Source: Planctomycetota bacterium
GTDB taxonomy: Bacteria; Planctomycetota; Planctomycetia; Pirellulales; Lacipirellulaceae
NCBI GenBank assembly: GCA_039190745.1
Contig: JBCCXZ010000040.1
Location: 1-34,890, forward strand
Length of the DNA: 34,890 nt
Direction: 5' to 3'
The position numbers were made by a program, and so were the translations under genes. Shown one piece after another: positions 29,586 to 34,890 of this stretch (its first letter is position 1; each line of letters begins with the position of its first letter). The notes below the pieces were generated by a model. That model was not told the DNA's origin. It made no database searches and saw only the letters and a list, made by a program, of their open reading frames with translations.

Positions 29586-32021
29586 AGCAGCAACCAAGTC
29601 AATCTCCCGTTCAACCTCTCAAGCCCGGTGAGCAGTTCCGAGACGTTGCGGTTCCAGACGTATGCCAACGCCGGCGGAGTCAATGCGGCGGGGAATACGA
29701 TTGTCACAGGCGGTATCGATTCGCTACTCGTTCTGGCTGAGAACGGTCCCTCATCTAATATCCTCGGCTCCAACTTTGACTGGGACACGGTCAGCAACGG
29801 CGGCGACTCACTGCTGTCTTGGGCGAACGTTCCCTTGCCCAACCCGCAAGGCGCCAACACACCGATCAACCCCGACCCCCTTCCCGCGGGCAACTACCGT
29901 GTGAATCTCCAATCTGAGAGCAGCGCGAGCACCGGGCCGTGGGCGTTAGACCTGCTCGCTCCCGCCAGCGCGTTCACGCTGAACCACGGCTTTAACATTG
30001 GTAGCGATCTCGTCGACTCGCTGGATTTCGGGACAGTCGTACAGTCTTCGAGCCCAGCCGTCGTTGATATCGACAACAACAGCTTCAACCTGACCGGGGA
30101 CCTGACCATCGCAGGCAGAGGCAACGCTACGTTGAACCTCCGCAATGGCGCGCTCGTGAGCGTGGAAAATGTATTTCTCGCTCCAGGCATCGGGTTTGGC
30201 AGTGCAAAACTTAACGTCACCGGGCAAAGCGGCAGCAACCAGCCTTCCCCATCGAGGCTCACCGTTCGTAACACGATGAGTACGGGCGAACGATCCGATG
30301 TCCGCGTCGAAGCCGGGGGCCGGATCGATGTGAATACGCTGATTATCGGTGGGTTCACATCGGCTGTCACGGTGACCGGAGTCGGCGCAGACGGTACGGC
30401 CTCTACCCTTTCGTCAATGAACACGATTGACGTTGGATCCAATGAAAACTCGATACTCACCGTCACCGCAGGCGGGCGCGTGGAGGCCGCCGGCATACGC
30501 GCGGGTTTTGGGAACGACCGGTTCTCACAGATCATCATCAACGGAACCGATCCGAATGGAAATGCCTCAACGGTCGAGCTCACGGGGGGACTGACCCTTG
30601 CAGGCGACCAAGCGCAGCAGCTAATCCAAGTCGTCAATGGGGGCCAGCTGATCAGTAACGGCGGGACTTTTGAAACTACCGGTAATGGCGCCGGCGCAGA
30701 CGTTCAGGTCTCGGGTGTCGATGGCTCAAACAACCCGGCGAGGTGGACCAACAGCGGCAATCTCCTCTTGGGCTCGGAAGGCGCCGCTAATGGTTCGCAC
30801 GAACTGCTCGTGGGCACTGGCGGTCTAGTCGAAACCGCTGGCGACGCGACGGTTAAATTTGGCGGTGAGATCAGTATCCAGGGCGGCACGCTCCAGATCG
30901 CGGGCCGGACGAATGTGACTGGCGGCGCGGTCAACATGACCGGCGGCGTCTTGCGGTTCGGCACGACCACAGCGACCGACTACCAAGCCTTCACCGCCAC
31001 AGGCGGCACGCTGGCCGGGTTGGTTGAGATCAACGCTGATCGCGCGTTTTCCACCCTCAACCCGCTGATCGCCATGACAAACGTCGATACCAGCGGCGTT
31101 ACGGTCCTGAATCAAAGCTACGTCTTCGGCGCCGGTACGTTCGGTGCCGGCGGGTTCATCAACACTTCAACCGGCGAGCTGGAAGTCATCACCGGTGAGC
31201 GGATGCGGTTTGGCGGTAGTTCTGAAAACGCCGGCGAGATCAATAACTTCGGCGGTCAGGTCCGCTTTGCGGGGTCCCTTGTGAATCAAGCGACCGGCTC
31301 GGTCTCTGGCCGCGGGCAATTCATTGCCGGCGGCGGCTGGACGAATGAGGGTTCGTTCGAGTTCAGCGGCGGATTCAGCGATGTGCTCGGCGATGTCGAG
31401 AACAAGGCCGGCGGCAGCATCATCTCCAGCGGCGGTGGAACCGCGACATTCTTCGACGATGTCCTCAACGCCGGAACCATGCGTGCGTCTTCCGGGGCGA
31501 CCATCGCCGTCTTCGGAGCATATTCGGGCAACGGCGTGGAGGGGCCCGGTCTTGTCAATCTTGAGGGAACCGTAAGCCCTGGCTTCAGCCCCGGCACCAG
31601 CTCGTTTGGTGGCAACCTCCAGCTCGGCGACGCCGCCTCCCTGCTCATCGAGCTCGCCGGACCTAACGCCGGCAGCGGGTACGACCAGGTCACCGTCGCT
31701 GGCGACTTGACGCTCGACGGTCAACTCCTGGTCTCCTTGCTCGACGGCTTCACCCCCGGACTGAACCAGATGTTCGACATCGCCACCGTCAATGGCGTGC
31801 TCATCGGCGAGTTCGAGGGACTGGGCGAAGGAGCATCAGTCGGCATATTCGGCGGTGCCGAACTGTTTATCACCTACGCCGCCGGCGACGGCAACGACGT
31901 GGCGCTCTTCACTGCGATCCCCGAGCCAACGTCACTTGCGCTGCTCGCTCTAGGCGGGCTGACCTTCCTCAACGGCAGCCTCGCCCGGCGACCCAGGCTC
32001 TCAGCGTTGACAGTCGGGTGA
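29475..32021 (+). CDS. Large secreted PEP-CTERM protein with DVUA0089-like N-terminal domain and autotransporter-like beta repeats
   Basis: Signal peptide; TYANAGGVNAAGNTIVTGGID; Gly/Thr/Asn-rich repeats; SPGFSPG..., IELAG...YDQVTVAG; IPEPTSLALLALGGL. Domain names from recall. Confidence 0.85.
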   Translation: MISHLRSVAFLLAVALATIAPVFGQTAYYSLEGNFTASSNQVNLPFNLSSPVSSSETLRFQTYANAGGVNAAGNTIVTGGIDSLLVLAENGPSSNILGSNFDWDTVSNGGDSLLSWANVPLPNPQGANTPINPDPLPAGNYRVNLQSESSASTGPWALDLLAPASAFTLNHGFNIGSDLVDSLDFGTVVQSSSPAVVDIDNNSFNLTGDLTIAGRGNATLNLRNGALVSVENVFLAPGIGFGSAKLNVTGQSGSNQPSPSRLTVRNTMSTGERSDVRVEAGGRIDVNTLIIGGFTSAVTVTGVGADGTASTLSSMNTIDVGSNENSILTVTAGGRVEAAGIRAGFGNDRFSQIIINGTDPNGNASTVELTGGLTLAGDQAQQLIQVVNGGQLISNGGTFETTGNGAGADVQVSGVDGSNNPARWTNSGNLLLGSEGAANGSHELLVGTGGLVETAGDATVKFGGEISIQGGTLQIAGRTNVTGGAVNMTGGVLRFGTTTATDYQAFTATGGTLAGLVEINADRAFSTLNPLIAMTNVDTSGVTVLNQSYVFGAGTFGAGGFINTSTGELEVITGERMRFGGSSENAGEINNFGGQVRFAGSLVNQATGSVSGRGQFIAGGGWTNEGSFEFSGGFSDVLGDVENKAGGSIISSGGGTATFFDDVLNAGTMRASSGATIAVFGAYSGNGVEGPGLVNLEGTVSPGFSPGTSSFGGNLQLGDAASLLIELAGPNAGSGYDQVTVAGDLTLDGQLLVSLLDGFTPGLNQMFDIATVNGVLIGEFEGLGEGASVGIFGGAELFITYAAGDGNDVALFTAIPEPTSLALLALGGLTFLNGSLARRPRLSALTVG

Positions 32022-32054
32022 AAGGACCGCGACTCACTGTCTCAGGGCAACTAG

Positions 32055-32216
32055 ATGTTCACTCACATCAGAGATGTCGCGTTCTTCCTTACTGTTGCCT
32101 TGGCGACGGTCGCCCCCGCCTTCGGCCAAACGGCCTGTTACTCGCTTGAGGGAGACTTCGCCACCGTCGGCGACGAACTCGATGTCTACTTCAGTCTAGA
32201 GCGACGGGGCGTCTGA
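32055..32216 (+). pseudogene. Truncated paralogue head of 29475..32021
   Basis: MFTHIRDVAFFLTVALATVAPAFGQTACYSLEGDF versus MISHLRSVAFLLAVALATIAPVFGQTAYYSLEGNF; stops after 53 aa where the ECF-head repeat begins. Confidence 0.85.
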
Positions 32217-32399
32217 TCAGGCTCAGGCTGGCCGTTGCTGCCACGGGAGGTTTGTAAGCGACTCGATCGGCGGCGAAGACGACTCTCTACGCCAGCTTCT
32301 GCCCACTATCATAGCCGAAGCTGGGAATCTCTGACTTTTTTCTCGATTGCCTGAAAGGCTCGGAGTGCGGCCCACCAACTTGCATGTGAGCCATTCGGT
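32214..32399. repeat. About 185-bp direct repeat, copy 2 (remnant ECF 5' end plus upstream region)
   Basis: Diverged copy of 27362-27547; the minus strand reads ...PVAATASLSLI, then similarity ends. Confidence 0.9.
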
Positions 32400-32579
32400 C
32401 TCCCAGTGGCCGGCGATTCGTCCGTGTGACTTCCCCACTAGCTTTGGCGTGGGCTTGGCCCGTGAAGCATGCGCTCCACGTCCAATAAGAACGACTCTGT
32501 ACTCCCCGGCGAGGCGACACACGGAACGCGCGACGCACCTCTCACTAGATTCTTCACCCCCAGACATTTGGCGCTTTGT

Positions 32580-34890
32580 ATGCCTTCTCAACCGCCTCGT
32601 AGATCGCATCGATATCGAACCCCGCAGAAGTCTTCTCGGCGTCGCCGTTCAATGGTGAGATCGCCCTACGCTCTTCGGCTGCGCGCGGAGCAACTCGAAG
32701 ACCGTCGGATGCTGGCCGCGGATGTGACTGTCAGCACGGTCTCGGATGTCAACGACGGCGATACTGCCTCGATCGCCGCCTTGGTCAGCGATCCGGGCAG
32801 CGACGGCGTCATTTCGCTCCGCGAAGCGATCGCCGCGGCCAACAATACCGCCGGCGCGAACACGATCGGGTTCGACCCGAGCGTGTTCACCGGCGGCGCT
32901 AGCAGCCTGATCCGCCTGAGTGGGACCGAGCTGGCGATTTCCGAAACGCTGACGATCGACGGCTCGACCGGCACGGACGTGGTGATCACCGCCGACGCCA
33001 GCGGCAACGACACGCTGGTGGCCGGCGCGTTCGTCACCGACGTCGCCGCAAGCCTCGCCAACAACGCCACGTCGCTTAACGACAACTCACGCGTGATCAA
33101 CTTCACCGCCGTCAGCGGCGACTTGAACCTCAACGGTTTGATAATCACCGGCGGACGCACCACGGGATTCGGTGAAAGAGGGGGTGGCATCCAGTTTCGT
33201 AGCGAGGGCGTGCTCACCGTCGCACAGGGCGACGTAAGCGGGAACAGCACCGTGGGCGACTCCGCGGACGGTGGTGGCATCTCCGCTTTCCCCGGCGCGG
33301 TGACGCTGACCAGCAGCACCGTTAGCGGGAATAGCGCAACCGGGATTGCTGCGGACGGTGGCGGAATCTACGCGTATTCCGGCGCGGTGACGCTCACCAG
33401 TAGCACCATTAGCGGGAACAGCAGCAGTGATGATGGTGGCGGCATCAAGACGGATTCCGGCGATGTAATGCTCACCAGCAGCACCGTTAGCGGGAACAGC
33501 AGCAGCTTTTATGGCGGGGGCATCCATTCCTTCGAAGGCAGCGTGACACTCAACAGCAGTACCCTTAGCGGGAACAGCAGCATCGGCAACGGTGGCGGCA
33601 TCTACACCTTCGGTTCGACGGTGTCGATCACCGGCAGCACGCTCACCGGAAACACGGCCGCTGGCGTGGGAGGCGGAGTGGGACTCCGCGCCGATAACTT
33701 CAACGACAACGAGCGGATCACGATCCGCAACTCGATCATCGCCGGCAACAGCGACAATGGCACAGCGCCCGATCTTCAGGCGGTCGGCGATCCGGCGAAC
33801 GATCAAATCGTGAACTTTAGCCTGATCGGCGACACGACCGGTTCGGGCGTCACGGCCGCCACGGGAACCGGCAACCTGCTGGGTATCGACCCGCTGCTCG
33901 GCCTCCTTGCCGACAACGGCGGCCCAACGCTCACGAACGCATTGCTCGCCGGCAGCCCGGCGCTAAACGCGGGCGATCCGGCCTTCGCCTCGCCGCCGGC
34001 GTTCGACCAGCGCGGGCCCGGCTTCGCGCGTGTGCTGACCGGACGAGTCGACATCGGGGCCTTCGAAGCACAGCCGGTCTTGCCTCCGCAAGGTCTCGTG
34101 GTGTCAACGACCACCGATGTGTTCGACGGCGATTTCTCGGTTGGCCAGTTGTCGCTCCGCGAGGCGATCGGGTTTGCCAACGACTTGGCCGGCGCCAACA
34201 CGATCACATTCGACTCGGGCGTGTTCACCGGCGGGGCTAGCAGCCTGATCCGCCTGATTGGGACCGAGCTGGCGATTTCCGAAACGCTGACGATCGACGG
34301 CTCGTCCGGCACGGACGTAGTGATCACCGCCGACGCCAGCGGCAACGACACGCTGGTGGCCGGCACGTTCATCACCGACGTCGCCGCCAGCCTCGCGGCT
34401 GACGCCACGTCACTTAACGACAACTCACGCGTCATCAACTTCACCGTCGCCAGCGGCGACCTGACCCTTAGCGGTTTGACAGTCACCGGCGGACGCACCT
34501 TGGCCAACGGCGGTGGCATCGGGACGGTTCTTGGCAACGTAGTGCTCACCAGCAGCACCGTTAGCGGGAACCAGAGCAATCGCCGAGGCGGTGGCATCTT
34601 TGCCTTTTCAGGCGGCGTGACGCTCACGGGCAGCACCATTAGCGGGAACACTAGCCAATACGGCGGCGGCATCTACACCAACGATTCGACGGTGTCGATC
34701 ACCAGCAGCACGATCGCCGGCAACACGGCCGGTGGCGTGGGGGGCGGATTAGGACTCTTCGCCGATAACTACAACGACAACGAGCGGATCACGATCCGCA
34801 ACTCGATCATCGCCGGCAACAGCGACAATGGCACTGCGCCCGACCTTCAGGCGGTGGGCGATCCGGCCAACGATCAGGTCGTGAACTTTA
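32580..34890 (+). CDS. Large repetitive extracellular protein (LEPR-XLL-type leader, CSLREA-like and choice-of-anchor Q modules), 3'-partial
   Basis: Absent from the ORF track because it runs off the window. Read by hand from ATG 32580: RLRAEQLEDRRMLA, DGVISLREAIAAAN, repeated GGGI...SSTVSGN, LADNGGPT...GSPALNAG, DQRG, DIGAFE, then a second SLREAI module; frame consistent at 33810 and 34881. Confidence 0.88.
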   Translation, partial: MPSQPPRRSHRYRTPQKSSRRRRSMVRSPYALRLRAEQLEDRRMLAADVTVSTVSDVNDGDTASIAALVSDPGSDGVISLREAIAAANNTAGANTIGFDPSVFTGGASSLIRLSGTELAISETLTIDGSTGTDVVITADASGNDTLVAGAFVTDVAASLANNATSLNDNSRVINFTAVSGDLNLNGLIITGGRTTGFGERGGGIQFRSEGVLTVAQGDVSGNSTVGDSADGGGISAFPGAVTLTSSTVSGNSATGIAADGGGIYAYSGAVTLTSSTISGNSSSDDGGGIKTDSGDVMLTSSTVSGNSSSFYGGGIHSFEGSVTLNSSTLSGNSSIGNGGGIYTFGSTVSITGSTLTGNTAAGVGGGVGLRADNFNDNERITIRNSIIAGNSDNGTAPDLQAVGDPANDQIVNFSLIGDTTGSGVTAATGTGNLLGIDPLLGLLADNGGPTLTNALLAGSPALNAGDPAFASPPAFDQRGPGFARVLTGRVDIGAFEAQPVLPPQGLVVSTTTDVFDGDFSVGQLSLREAIGFANDLAGANTITFDSGVFTGGASSLIRLIGTELAISETLTIDGSSGTDVVITADASGNDTLVAGTFITDVAASLAADATSLNDNSRVINFTVASGDLTLSGLTVTGGRTLANGGGIGTVLGNVVLTSSTVSGNQSNRRGGGIFAFSGGVTLTGSTISGNTSQYGGGIYTNDSTVSITSSTIAGNTAGGVGGGLGLFADNYNDNERITIRNSIIAGNSDNGTAPDLQAVGDPANDQVVNF

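Noticed and set aside
32666..34672. Minus-strand ORFs 32666..33319, 33087..33806 and 33803..34672
   Set aside because: Antisense shadows of the + strand protein starting at 32580.

Overview
GC-rich bacterial DNA, most likely a planctomycete (inferred from an LEPR-XLL-type leader, many PEP-CTERM tails, a doubled UvrA and an ECF sigma/Ser-Thr kinase pair). The left part (1-24310) is mostly housekeeping: a PEP-CTERM-tailed amidase, a tandem-doubled uvrA broken by one in-frame TAG, a GDSL hydrolase, two RNA methyltransferases, dapL, gyrA, a kinase, two membrane proteins and tRNA-Arg(UCG). Two accessory genes stand out there. One is a soluble KAP-family NTPase fused to 11 leucine-rich repeats whose variation is concentrated on the predicted binding face (an NLR-like architecture). 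The other is a single ORF that appears to encode two exported enzymes (SGNH-like and sulfatase), each with its own export signal and PEP-CTERM anchor. Right of the tRNA is an island-like region: an ECF/kinase pair, a rearranged array of intact and deleted PEP-CTERM genes, a duplicated ECF-head/promoter block, and a repetitive CSLREA/choice-of-anchor Q protein running off the window. Palindromic 7-mer and 9-mer periodic elements occur inside uvrA and around trmH. No CRISPR, rRNA, integrase or transposase was seen. All calls are by eye, without database searches.
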